The notes under the pieces are model-generated. The model searched no databases, had not been told where the DNA came from, and saw only the letters and a list, made by a program, of their open reading frames with translations. From assembly GCA_964497645.1 (NCBI GenBank), contig CAZCCU010000001.1:32398-96397 (forward strand): a DNA stretch of 64,000 nt, written 5' to 3'. A program made the position numbers and the translations under genes. Positions 7,512 through 16,497 of this stretch are shown here, one piece after another; the first letter of the stretch is position 1; each line of letters begins with the position of its first letter. This DNA is from an uncultured Methanosarcinales archaeon (GTDB taxonomy: Archaea > Nanobdellota > Nanobdellia > Woesearchaeales > ARS49).

Positions 7512-9899
7512 ATGGCAGACCGATACGACCCAAAAGTCGAAGAAGAAAAATGGATGCAGTTCTGGGAAAAAGAAGGCATTTTTACCTTCAATCCAGAACA
7601 AAAAGGAGAAGTGTACAGCATAGACACTCCACCACCAACAGTCTCTGGCAAAATGCACATCGGACACGCATTCTCCTACACGCAACAAGACATCGTAGCA
7701 CGCTACAAAAGACTACGAGGCTACAACGTATTCTATCCATGGGGAACAGACGACAACGGACTGCCAACAGAAAGACTAGTAGAAAAACTAAAAAACGTCA
7801 AAGGCAGCAAAATGGACAGGCAAGAATTCATCAAACTGTGCGAGCAAACACTAGCAGAAATCATGCCCGCATTCGTCCATGACTGGAAAAGAATAGGCAT
7901 GAGCTGCGACTTCAAACTCGCATACAGCACAATAAACGCCCACAGCAGACGAATAAGCCAATGGAGCTTCCTGGACTTGCAAAAAAAAGGACGCGTGTAC
8001 AGAAAGAATGCGCCATCACTCTGGTGTCCGCTATGCGAAACAGCAATCTCACAAGTAGAATGCCAAGACGTAGAAAAAAACAGCACGTTCAACGACATAG
8101 TATTCAAAGTAGACGGAAAAGACCTAGAAATAGCAACAACAAGACCAGAACTCATACCAGCCTGCGTCGCAGTATTCGCACACCCAAACGACGACCGCTA
8201 CAAAAAATTATTCGGCAAAAAAGCAATCACGCCAGTATTCAACAAAGAAGTACCAATAATGCCAGACGAACGAGTAGACCCAGCCAAAGGAACAGGAATA
8301 GTCATGTGCTGCACGTTCGGAGACCAAACAGACATTGCATGGTATCTCGCCTATAACTTACCACTCATCAACGCAATAAGCAAGAATGGCGTAATGACAG
8401 AAGCAGCAGGGAAATATCAAGGACTCAAAATTCACGAAGCCAGAAAAGCAATCCTCTCAGACATGAAAACAACAGGACTGCTCAGAGCACAAAAACCAAT
8501 CAAACACGCAGTCAAAGTACACGAAAGATGCCAAACAGAAATAGAAATCATCCAAAGCAAACAATGGTTCATCAAATATCTAGACCTTAAAGACAAACTC
8601 CTAGAATGGGGAGCCCAGCTCAACTGGAACCCAGACTTCATGATACACCGCTACAACAACTGGGTAAAAGGACTCCAATGGGACTGGCTAATCTCACGAC
8701 AACGATTCTTCGGAGTACCATTCCCAGTATGGTACTGCAAAAAATGTGATGAGCCTGTGTTCGCAGACGACAAAAAACTACCAATCGATCCATTGAAAGA
8801 CAAACCAACAGCCGCCCAATGCAAGTGCGGCTCAACAGAATTCATTGGAGAAAAAGACGTACTAGACACGTGGGCAACCAGCAGCATGACACCACAACTA
8901 GCCATCCAGATGGTTCCAGAAAAATACAGGGCAAAATTGTACCCGATGAGTTTAAGGCCACAAGCACACGAAATCATCAGCTTCTGGCTGTTTAATACTC
9001 TGGTCAAAAACCAATTGCACTACAACGTAAACCCATGGAAAGACATAGCACTATCAGGCTACGTCACAGATCCACTCGGCGAAAAAATGTCAAAAAGCAA
9101 AGGCAATGTCATAGAACCACAAGCAGTCTTGGCAAAATACAGCGCGGACGCCATGCGATACTGGGCAGGCGGAAGCAAACTAGGAGAAGACCTTGCCTAC
9201 CAAGAAAAAGAGCTCGTAACGGGAGACAAATTCGTTACGAAACTCTGGAACGCAGCCAAATTCACAAACATGCACCTTGAAAACTACGATTACAAAGGAA
9301 CCTCAACAGAAACACTCGACCTCTGGATACACGCGCGCCTCGCAAAAGCAATCAAAGAAGCAACAGAAGCATTCGACAAATACGAATACTTCAGAGCAAA
9401 ACAAGCAATAGAAGCATTCTTCTGGAAAGACCTCTGCGACAACTACCTGGAATTAATCAAAAGCAGAATGTACGAGCCAAAAACACCACAGCACAAAAAA
9501 AGCGCGCAACACGCACTATATACCTGCCTGTCAGCAATCGTACGCCTAATGTCACCATTCACACCATTCATCACAGAAGAAGTCTATAGTCTATATTTTA
9601 AGCAAAAAGAAGGACACAAAAGCGTTCACTTGTCAAAATGGCCGGAAATGCCGGCAATTAACGAAAAAGCAGAGCAGGCAGGAAATATTGCAGTTGTTAT
9701 TCTCGCTGCAGTGCGCAAGAAAAAATCAGAAATGAAAGTATCAATGAAATCACCAGTCAAACGCTTAGTCATTGACACAAAAATCGACATTTCAAGCATT
9801 CTGGACGATTTGAAAACAACAACAGCAGCGGAAAAAATAGAAATCGGCAAGGGAACAGAAGAATTAACGCCGGATATCAAAATAACAGCTGAATTTTAA
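7512..9899 (+). CDS. valS: Valyl-tRNA synthetase (compact archaeal type)
   Basis: IDTPPPTVSGKMHIGHA (HIGH region), GTDDNGLPTE, editing-domain ATTRPELIPACVAVFAHPNDDRY, and KMSKSKGN. At 795 aa it fits ValRS rather than IleRS or LeuRS. Confidence 0.85.
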   Translation: MADRYDPKVEEEKWMQFWEKEGIFTFNPEQKGEVYSIDTPPPTVSGKMHIGHAFSYTQQDIVARYKRLRGYNVFYPWGTDDNGLPTERLVEKLKNVKGSKMDRQEFIKLCEQTLAEIMPAFVHDWKRIGMSCDFKLAYSTINAHSRRISQWSFLDLQKKGRVYRKNAPSLWCPLCETAISQVECQDVEKNSTFNDIVFKVDGKDLEIATTRPELIPACVAVFAHPNDDRYKKLFGKKAITPVFNKEVPIMPDERVDPAKGTGIVMCCTFGDQTDIAWYLAYNLPLINAISKNGVMTEAAGKYQGLKIHEARKAILSDMKTTGLLRAQKPIKHAVKVHERCQTEIEIIQSKQWFIKYLDLKDKLLEWGAQLNWNPDFMIHRYNNWVKGLQWDWLISRQRFFGVPFPVWYCKKCDEPVFADDKKLPIDPLKDKPTAAQCKCGSTEFIGEKDVLDTWATSSMTPQLAIQMVPEKYRAKLYPMSLRPQAHEIISFWLFNTLVKNQLHYNVNPWKDIALSGYVTDPLGEKMSKSKGNVIEPQAVLAKYSADAMRYWAGGSKLGEDLAYQEKELVTGDKFVTKLWNAAKFTNMHLENYDYKGTSTETLDLWIHARLAKAIKEATEAFDKYEYFRAKQAIEAFFWKDLCDNYLELIKSRMYEPKTPQHKKSAQHALYTCLSAIVRLMSPFTPFITEEVYSLYFKQKEGHKSVHLSKWPEMPAINEKAEQAGNIAVVILAAVRKKKSEMKVSMKSPVKRLVIDTKIDISSILDDLKTTTAAEKIEIGKGTEELTPDIKITAEF

Positions 9900-10285
9900 A
9901 AGTTGGAGACCATACCCTTAATCTTCTTCTCAGTATCAAAATAACTCAGCTTGGAAAGCTTGGCAGAACGAATACGCTCTCTTACTGACGCTAAAAACTT
10001 AGCCATCTTCTCAAACAAAACATCCTCCTCGGGCTTGACACGCAAAATCAAAGCGCCAGCCAACGGATGGTCATCGAGAGAAGACTCCTTATGCTGCTCT
10101 TTCAACTTAGTCCTAATCTCAGAAAGCAAATCAGCAGCCTGCTTTGAAGGATCAGTAATAGAGAACTGCTTAACCAACGCCTTCTCCTTGCCATCACTAA
10201 ATACAACCCTAACCTTCACCTGGTCAAGCTGAGAATAATAATCAACAACATCAACCTTCTTAAAGTCAACATCAACAGCCTTCAT
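9896..10285 (-). CDS. Hypothetical protein (129 aa)
   Basis: The ORF has coding-like composition. The ATG at 10285 (MKAVDVDF...) is preferred. Its stop overlaps the valS stop (TTAA). No recognisable motif. Confidence 0.45.
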   Translation of the reverse strand: MKAVDVDFKKVDVVDYYSQLDQVKVRVVFSDGKEKALVKQFSITDPSKQAADLLSEIRTKLKEQHKESSLDDHPLAGALILRVKPEEDVLFEKMAKFLASVRERIRSAKLSKLSYFDTEKKIKGMVSNF

Positions 10286-10367
10286 GCTCACAACAGTCAC
10301 TGAATCTCTATATAAAGATTGCTCTACACAAATATTAATAAAACATCACACGTCGACAAACAACATA

Positions 10368-11555
10368 ATGTGGGCAAGCAAACACAAACCAGAACTAGAG
10401 CACATACCACACGACACCAAACAATTATACGACTTTGTTACAAATTACGCTAAACAGAAGAAAAAAGCACTATTGCTCCACGGGCCAACCGGCACTGGAA
10501 AAACAGCAGCAGTAAACGCCCTCGCAAAAAGAACAGGACTTGAACTAATAGAAGTAAACGCATCAGACTACAGAAACGCGGATGAGATTAACACAAAAAT
10601 CGGAAACGCAATCAAACAATACAGCCTATTCTCAGCAGGAAAAATCGTTTTAGTAGACGAACTAGACGGAATAGCAGGAAACGAAGACCGAGGAGGAATA
10701 TCAGCACTGGCAGCACTCATTGCCGAGTCCAAATTCCCCATAATTCTCATAGCAAACGACCCCTGGGACAGCAAATTCAACACATTACGAACAAAAAGCA
10801 TACTCGTAGAATTTCCAGCATTAACCATGACAGCAATGATACCAGCACTACAAAGAATAATACAAAAAGAAAACATCACAGCAGACGATATCATCGTAAA
10901 AACACTCGCGCGCAGAAGCGGAGGAGACTTACGAGGAGCAATAACAGACCTGCAAATACTCTCGCAAGCAAACGCACTCACAATAGAAGGAATAGAAACA
11001 CTGCACGAAAGAGAACACTCAGAAAGCATCATGCAAGCACTCGTCAAAATATTAAAATCAACAGACCCGGTTGTAGCGGTAAGCGCACTAGACCTAGTAG
11101 ACGAAGACATAGACGAATGCTTCCTCTGGATAGATGAGAACCTGCCAAAAGAGTACAAAAACCCGCACGATTTAGCACGCGCATACGAGGCTTTGTCAAA
11201 AGCAGACATTTACCGAGGCAGAATCAGAAGATGGCAGTACTGGAGATATCTAGCATACGTCGACGTCCTGATAACAGCAGGCGTAGCAGTAGCGAAAGAC
11301 AAAAAATCAACAGCATTTGTCTCATACGGCAGAACACAAAGACTGCTCAAACACTGGATGGCAAACCAAAAATACGCACGACGCAAAAGAGTCGCTGAGA
11401 AACTGGCAGCCGCAACCCACTGTTCAAAGAAAAAAGCATTACAAGACACGTTGCCATACGTACACAGACTCTACCAACTGAAACATCCAAGCGCGGAAAT
11501 GATAACAAAAGAATTAAAACTGGATGAAGAAGAATTGGAATGGCTGAATAAATGA
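10368..11555 (+). CDS. rfcL: Replication factor C large subunit
   Basis: MWASKHKP... N-terminus, Walker A LHGPTGTGKT, Walker B LVDELDG, and the archaeal RfcL C-terminal region. ATG 10368 (M29 of the listed ORF) is preferred. Confidence 0.85.
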   Translation: MWASKHKPELEHIPHDTKQLYDFVTNYAKQKKKALLLHGPTGTGKTAAVNALAKRTGLELIEVNASDYRNADEINTKIGNAIKQYSLFSAGKIVLVDELDGIAGNEDRGGISALAALIAESKFPIILIANDPWDSKFNTLRTKSILVEFPALTMTAMIPALQRIIQKENITADDIIVKTLARRSGGDLRGAITDLQILSQANALTIEGIETLHEREHSESIMQALVKILKSTDPVVAVSALDLVDEDIDECFLWIDENLPKEYKNPHDLARAYEALSKADIYRGRIRRWQYWRYLAYVDVLITAGVAVAKDKKSTAFVSYGRTQRLLKHWMANQKYARRKRVAEKLAAATHCSKKKALQDTLPYVHRLYQLKHPSAEMITKELKLDEEELEWLNK

Positions 11556-12034
11556 TTCAATACCGCAAACTAAAAAAAGAGGATGTCAAACAAGTCCAGC
11601 GCGTAGCACTTGAAACCTGGAAATTCGCGTACAAAACAATCTACAACGAAAAAACAATCCACAGGACAGTCAAAAGCTATTATTCTGACAAAAGCTTCAA
11701 AGAACTCTTCGCCCGAATTAGAAAAGGAAATGAAATGTTTCTAATAGCACTAGACGGAAAACGCATCATCGGCTATGCGCACATCGGAAAAAAAGGCAAA
11801 TACTGGGAATTAAGGCGCACCTATGTTCTGCCATTATACCTGCGCAAAGGAATCGGAACAGCACTCGCAAAACGCGTGGAACAATTTATGAAAAAAAGAA
11901 AAGCCAAAAAATACATCGTATACCCGCACACAAAGAACAAAATCGCAAAAAACTTCTACCTGAAAATAGGATTCAAACGATATCCCAAACTCGACCAAGG
12001 CTCGACATCACCCTGCTATATCAAAGAATTATAA
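11552..12034 (+). CDS. GNAT family N-acetyltransferase
   Basis: Acetyl-CoA motif LRKGIGTALAKRV and GNAT-like strand order. ATGA overlap with rfcL. Confidence 0.8.
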   Translation: MIQYRKLKKEDVKQVQRVALETWKFAYKTIYNEKTIHRTVKSYYSDKSFKELFARIRKGNEMFLIALDGKRIIGYAHIGKKGKYWELRRTYVLPLYLRKGIGTALAKRVEQFMKKRKAKKYIVYPHTKNKIAKNFYLKIGFKRYPKLDQGSTSPCYIKEL

Positions 12035-12035
12035 T

Positions 12036-12755
12036 TCACTTATGCCCGTGCCCGCCAAGATAAATATGCTTGATTTTTTCCGTTTTCATGATTGATTTAT
12101 CTCCGTGCAAAGCAACTTTTCCTTCCTCCAAGACGTAAATGTGGTCGGCAATCTCACAAGCAGCCTTGGCATTCTGCTCAACCATGATGATAGCAGTGCC
12201 CTCCTTGTTAATATCCTGAATTTTTTCAAAAATCTCCTTCATAGTCTTCGGAGCAAGACCCAAAGAAGGCTCGTCCAAAAGCAATACTTGAGGGTCCTGC
12301 ATCAAACCCCTAGCAATAGCAAGCATCTGCTGCTGGCCACCAGACAAATTGTAAGCGTTCTGATTCAGTCTCTCTTTTAAAATGGGGAAATGTGAAAGAA
12401 CCTCGTTCATCCGCTTCTGAACCAAATCCTTGCCCTTAGTCATAAAAGCGCCCATCTCCAAATTTTCCTTAACAGTAAGACCAGAAAACACCTGCCTGCC
12501 CTGCGGAACAATAGAAATACCCATCTGAATACGCTCATACGTCGGCAAGTTTGTAATATCCTTGCCCTTGTAGATGATTTGGCCACTGTAAATATCATTC
12601 AACTTGAAAATACTCTTCAACACAGTACTTTTTCCCGCTCCATTAGGACCAATAATCACAGTAATATCATCAGGCTTGAAATCCATGTTAACACCAAACA
12701 AAATCTGCAATCTTCCATACCCAGATTCCAAATTCTTAACAGTCAGAAAGCTCAT
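12036..12755 (-). CDS. livF: Branched-chain amino acid ABC transporter ATP-binding protein (LivF-like)
   Basis: GPNGAGKST, LSGGQQQMLAIARGL, LLLDEPSLGLAP. Last gene of a four-gene liv-type operon. Confidence 0.85.
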   Translation of the reverse strand: MSFLTVKNLESGYGRLQILFGVNMDFKPDDITVIIGPNGAGKSTVLKSIFKLNDIYSGQIIYKGKDITNLPTYERIQMGISIVPQGRQVFSGLTVKENLEMGAFMTKGKDLVQKRMNEVLSHFPILKERLNQNAYNLSGGQQQMLAIARGLMQDPQVLLLDEPSLGLAPKTMKEIFEKIQDINKEGTAIIMVEQNAKAACEIADHIYVLEEGKVALHGDKSIMKTEKIKHIYLGGHGHK

Positions 12756-13438
12756 TTTCCTAAATACGCCTCCAACACTCTCTTATCAGCCTGCACCTGC
12801 TTAGGAGTTCCCCTAGTCAACACACTGCCTTCAGTCATAACAACCACATCATCACTAATACTCATCACGAATTCCATATCATGCTCGATGAGCAAGATGG
12901 TATCACCATCTTTCTTCAAATTCCTCAAAATCTCCTTCAACTCCTGCCTCACTTTAGGATTCACACCAGCAGTCGGCTCGTCAAGCATCAACAAATTATG
13001 AGGTTTAAGCAAAGCCCTGGCAATCTCAACCAACCTAGTCTGACCATAACTCAAATCACTCGCACGCGTGCTCATATCAAGCGGAAAATGCACTTTTTTC
13101 AGCACTTCCTTCAGCTCAGAATCCTTAGCAGAATGCTTTGCCAAAAGCAAATTATCCTTCACACTCATATTCCTGAACAATCTCGCCTGCTGGAAAGTCC
13201 TGCAAATACCCAGCCTTGCGATCTGATGAGTCTGCAAACCAGTAATGTTCCTGCCCTTCAACAAAATCCTGCCACCATCAGGCTTACTAATTCCACAAAT
13301 AAGATTAAACAAAGTCGTCTTGCCAGCGCCATTCGGGCCAATAATACTTGTTATGGCGTTCTCCTTTACAGTAAACGTGCAATTATGCACTGCGTACACA
13401 CCACCAAAATGCTTGTCCAACTTCTGCACGCTAATCAT
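12752..13438 (-). CDS. livG: Branched-chain amino acid ABC transporter ATP-binding protein (LivG-like)
   Basis: GPNGAGKTT, LSYGQTRLVEIARAL, LLMLDEPTAGVNP. 4-nt overlaps with both neighbours. Confidence 0.85.
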   Translation of the reverse strand: MISVQKLDKHFGGVYAVHNCTFTVKENAITSIIGPNGAGKTTLFNLICGISKPDGGRILLKGRNITGLQTHQIARLGICRTFQQARLFRNMSVKDNLLLAKHSAKDSELKEVLKKVHFPLDMSTRASDLSYGQTRLVEIARALLKPHNLLMLDEPTAGVNPKVRQELKEILRNLKKDGDTILLIEHDMEFVMSISDDVVVMTEGSVLTRGTPKQVQADKRVLEAYLGK

Positions 13439-14292
13439 GCCAAGTCCACCTTCCCAAGAATACCCCTGGGCTTGTAGATAAGAATCAACAACAAGATCAA
13501 CGCGAAAATAATCTCACGCGCCGGCCCTAAAATAGCGCTAGGGAAGCCAATAAATCTCAACGGCTCTGGAAGCAAGAACAAAATAATCGCGCCAATAGCG
13601 GAACCTTTCACAGACGCCAAGCCGCCAACGATAAGCATGCTGAATAATAAGATTAAATCACCAATACCGAAAATAGACGGGTCAATAAAAGTAATGTAAT
13701 GCGCGAACAAGCCACCGCCGATGCCAGCAAAGAAAGCACTGATGCCAACAGCCAAAATCTTGTGCCTAAAAGTATCATGGCCAAGCATCTTGGAAGCCAA
13801 TTCATCATCCCTTATTGACTCACAAATCTTGCCGAATCTTGAACGCGACAACTTCCAGAAAACAAGATACGTGATAAGCGCGATTATCAAAACAACAACC
13901 AAAAACTCAGTATTGCCCCTGACAATCTTTGGAATACCAGGAATACCCAACGCGCCCCTAGTAACATCAGTCCAATTCCTCGCAACACTACCCATGATAA
14001 AAGCAAAACCTAACGTCGCCAAAGCAAGATAATCACCCTTCAATCTGGTTGTTGGAAGAGCGAGCAAAATACCGGAAACACCAGCCAACAACGCACCAGC
14101 CAACATGCTCAACCAGATAGGAAAACCAGCAACAGCCAATAAAGCGCTCGTGTAAGCGCCAATACCGAAAAATCCGATATGACCAAGATTCAACAAACCA
14201 GTAAAACCAACAGCCAAGTTCAAACTAATCGTCAAAATACTATAAATCCCGATCAAAATCGCCAGATGAATCAAGTAATTAATGAACGCCAT
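13435..14292 (-). CDS. livM: Branched-chain amino acid ABC transporter permease (LivM-like)
   Basis: Polytopic membrane protein with Liv-type permease layout (LLNLGHIGFFGIGAYTSA...). Confidence 0.8.
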   Translation of the reverse strand: MAFINYLIHLAILIGIYSILTISLNLAVGFTGLLNLGHIGFFGIGAYTSALLAVAGFPIWLSMLAGALLAGVSGILLALPTTRLKGDYLALATLGFAFIMGSVARNWTDVTRGALGIPGIPKIVRGNTEFLVVVLIIALITYLVFWKLSRSRFGKICESIRDDELASKMLGHDTFRHKILAVGISAFFAGIGGGLFAHYITFIDPSIFGIGDLILLFSMLIVGGLASVKGSAIGAIILFLLPEPLRFIGFPSAILGPAREIIFALILLLILIYKPRGILGKVDLA

Positions 14293-14293
14293 T

Positions 14294-15166
14294 TTACGCT
14301 TCCCTCACCTTCACGCCCAACAAACCAGAAGGCCTGAACAACAAGAAGATGAAGAGCAATACAAAAGCAATCGCGTCCTTATAGCCGGATGGCAACCACC
14401 AGATGCCGATATTTTCCACCAAGCCAAGAATCAACGAGCCAAGCACACTGCCAGGAACACTGGCTAAAGAGCCTATGACTGCGCCAGTAAAGCCCTTAAT
14501 GACTAAAGAAATACCCATCTGAGGATACAAATTCTGCTCGATACCAATAAGAATACCAGCAACACCAGCCAAGAAACTGCCAATCATGAAAGTGTAAGTG
14601 TAAATCCTCTCAGGATTAATGCCAACAGTCTGCGCGATATCCTTATTATCAGCAACAGCACGCATAGCCTTTCCCAACTTCGTCTTCTTCATCAACCACC
14701 ACAAGGCAAGCAATAGCAAGCAAGAAACAACAATAATCAGAACCTGAATAAACGTAATCCTTGCGCCAACAACATCAAAAACAGGATTTCTCGTCGCTAT
14801 AGTCTTAACATCTGCACCCCAAATGGCCAAAACTAATGCATTAACTAAAGTCATCAAAGCAATACTAGCTATTAATAATACAGCACCGGAAGCCTTTCTC
14901 TTCCGCAAAGGCCTGTAAATCATCCAGTCCATCAAAACACCAGCAACACAACTGCAAATTAACGTCAGAACAATCGCAAACCAAAAATTCAAACCAGACA
15001 TCACAGCAAAAGTATACATCAAATACGCGCCTAAAGCAATAACAGCGCCATGCGCAAAATGCATGAACTTAGTAACAGAATAAATCAAGGAAAAACCAGT
15101 CGCAACCAAAGCATAAATCGCACCAGCAATAATGCCGTTCAATATAAGCTGGGTTGCTATGGCCAT
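14294..15166 (-). CDS. livH: Branched-chain amino acid ABC transporter permease (LivH-like)
   Basis: Polytopic membrane protein (MAIATQLILNGIIAGAIYALVATGFSLIY... is a typical LivH N-terminus). First gene of the operon. Confidence 0.8.
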   Translation of the reverse strand: MAIATQLILNGIIAGAIYALVATGFSLIYSVTKFMHFAHGAVIALGAYLMYTFAVMSGLNFWFAIVLTLICSCVAGVLMDWMIYRPLRKRKASGAVLLIASIALMTLVNALVLAIWGADVKTIATRNPVFDVVGARITFIQVLIIVVSCLLLLALWWLMKKTKLGKAMRAVADNKDIAQTVGINPERIYTYTFMIGSFLAGVAGILIGIEQNLYPQMGISLVIKGFTGAVIGSLASVPGSVLGSLILGLVENIGIWWLPSGYKDAIAFVLLFIFLLFRPSGLLGVKVREA

Positions 15167-15284
15167 GATAAGTTACTCTGGTTTTTTGTTTTTAAAGGTT
15201 GCTATAAACAAAAAAACTATTTGACGGTCACCGGCTTCTCATTCTGAATAGTGCGGACCGTGTATTCCAGCACTGCTTCAAGGC

Positions 15285-15809
15285 TCATCTGTCTCCTCCA
15301 TGTTGATATGTTGTCGGCGTATAGCCACCGATGCCTTTTATTTCGGGACGTGATTGGAAAGGAATCATGCGCAATAAATTTCTGCAAATTCTATCACCAG
15401 CTTCTGAAATGGGAATGGCAATAGTTTCAATAGGAATGCGTAAAGGTGGGCTGACTGTGCTTCCTACAATCATGGCACGCTCTCGTTCAGAAGCATCCTG
15501 TATTGCAGCAATTGAAGAAATGTAAAAGCCAGTTGGCAACCGGTCGGTGAGACAGCCAAGGTCTAGTTCATCTTCCCATATTCTTCCCTCTTTCAAAGCC
15601 GTTAACGCAGCTTTGCGCAATGGTAAAACCAAGCCATAGCCTACAACCTTGTCTCCGCGTCTGATAATCGTGTACAATTCAGGTCGCTTCTCTGCTATTG
15701 CAACCTGATTAGGACGAGGTTCTTGTTGGAAAACAGCTTTGTCAATATCAATTAGCTGACCAAAATATTCTTTCTGCAGTTTGAAATCAATCGTCAGAGG
15801 ACTATTCAT
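15285..15809 (-). CDS. Hypothetical protein with GNAT-fold-like strand pattern (174 aa), toxin-position gene of a possible TA-like module
   Basis: ATG 15809 (MNSPLTIDF...) is preferred over the listed TTG at 15830, because it overlaps the stop of the upstream sORF (ATGAATAG). The pattern LYTIIRRGDKVVGYGLVLPL ... GFYISSIAA ... TIAIPISEAGDRICRNLLRM resembles GNAT beta2-beta5/alpha4. The canonical Q/RxxGxG/A acetyl-CoA loop is not evident. Confidence 0.45.
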   Translation of the reverse strand: MNSPLTIDFKLQKEYFGQLIDIDKAVFQQEPRPNQVAIAEKRPELYTIIRRGDKVVGYGLVLPLRKAALTALKEGRIWEDELDLGCLTDRLPTGFYISSIAAIQDASERERAMIVGSTVSPPLRIPIETIAIPISEAGDRICRNLLRMIPFQSRPEIKGIGGYTPTTYQHGGDR

Positions 15810-15945
15810 CTGGCTCTTCCAGCACGTCAATCGTCAATTTTACCAACGTCTTCGGCTTCAAATGTTGCTCAAGCACTCTTGGGACTACAATAATAGCCTG
15901 ACTGCCGTGCTTGGCGATCTTCTTGGTAATAATGAACTGCTTCAT
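15802..15945 (-). CDS. Unlisted 47-aa sORF, AbrB/MazE/SpoVT-type (swapped-hairpin) small DNA-binding protein candidate
   Basis: Hand translation gives MKQFIITKKIAKHGSQAIIVVPRVLEQHLKPKTLVKLTIDVLEEPDE. The segment K-HGSQAIIVVPRVL...KPKTLVKLTI matches the AbrB/MazE pattern (K.G.S..v.iPk.....l......v.l.i). Its ATG overlaps the upstream stop (ATGA), and its stop overlaps the downstream ATG. Confidence 0.5.
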   Translation of the reverse strand: MKQFIITKKIAKHGSQAIIVVPRVLEQHLKPKTLVKLTIDVLEEPDE

Positions 15946-16388
15946 TTTTTCACCTTGAGCAATTCTTTCACATCCTTACACAAATTCTCTAAATCATACT
16001 GCGTGTGAACGTCAATGCAGAAAGAATATTGAATTGCTTTATACTCTTCTACTCCAAACTCAAGAGTATCATCCTTCTTAGTATCGTAACCCTTGTTCTC
16101 CAAAACTCCTAGCTGCTTTTTAATCCTTTGAATGCAAGCTATGGTTTCATCCAAAGTGCGTTGAGGCTCAACGTAAAGCCTGACGTCAGCAAATTGAGCG
16201 CGGTCATCCAATTCGTCTGGTGGAAAGTACAAAATGGCAGCCCCCTCTTCAGTATCAAAAATCTGGGGAGGTTCTTCTTCACTGCCTCTCTCATCATGCT
16301 GCCTGTAAACTTCCCTGGCATGACCGGTTCCAAATACCTTAATGACCGCTCTCCTAAGGTCAATTTCAGGTTTTTTTGGCTTTTTCAT
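15942..16388 (-). CDS. Hypothetical acidic protein (148 aa), first gene of the minus-strand operon
   Basis: Clean ORF from ATG 16388 (MKKPKKPEIDL...). No recognisable motif. Translationally coupled to the 47-aa sORF. Confidence 0.5.
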   Translation of the reverse strand: MKKPKKPEIDLRRAVIKVFGTGHAREVYRQHDERGSEEEPPQIFDTEEGAAILYFPPDELDDRAQFADVRLYVEPQRTLDETIACIQRIKKQLGVLENKGYDTKKDDTLEFGVEEYKAIQYSFCIDVHTQYDLENLCKDVKELLKVKK

Positions 16389-16463
16389 TATACATTGAAT
16401 ATGTATAACCTATATATAAATTTAATTAATTTTACCACTAAATAGTGGTTAAAAATAGTAAGG

Positions 16464-16471
16464 TTTATAAA
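16464..16471 (+). promoter_or_regulatory. TATA-like box for the PLP-enzyme/RHH/kinase operon
   Basis: TTTATAAA, 26 nt upstream of the ATG at 16498. Confidence 0.5.
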
Positions 16472-16497
16472 GGGGGTAAATCTTACTACTTTCTACT

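Noticed and set aside
15810-15830. Listed TTG start (15830) of the GNAT-fold-like gene
   Set aside because: It would overlap the AbrB-like sORF by 29 nt. The ATG at 15809 gives the classic ATG/stop overlap with the sORF and is more plausible.
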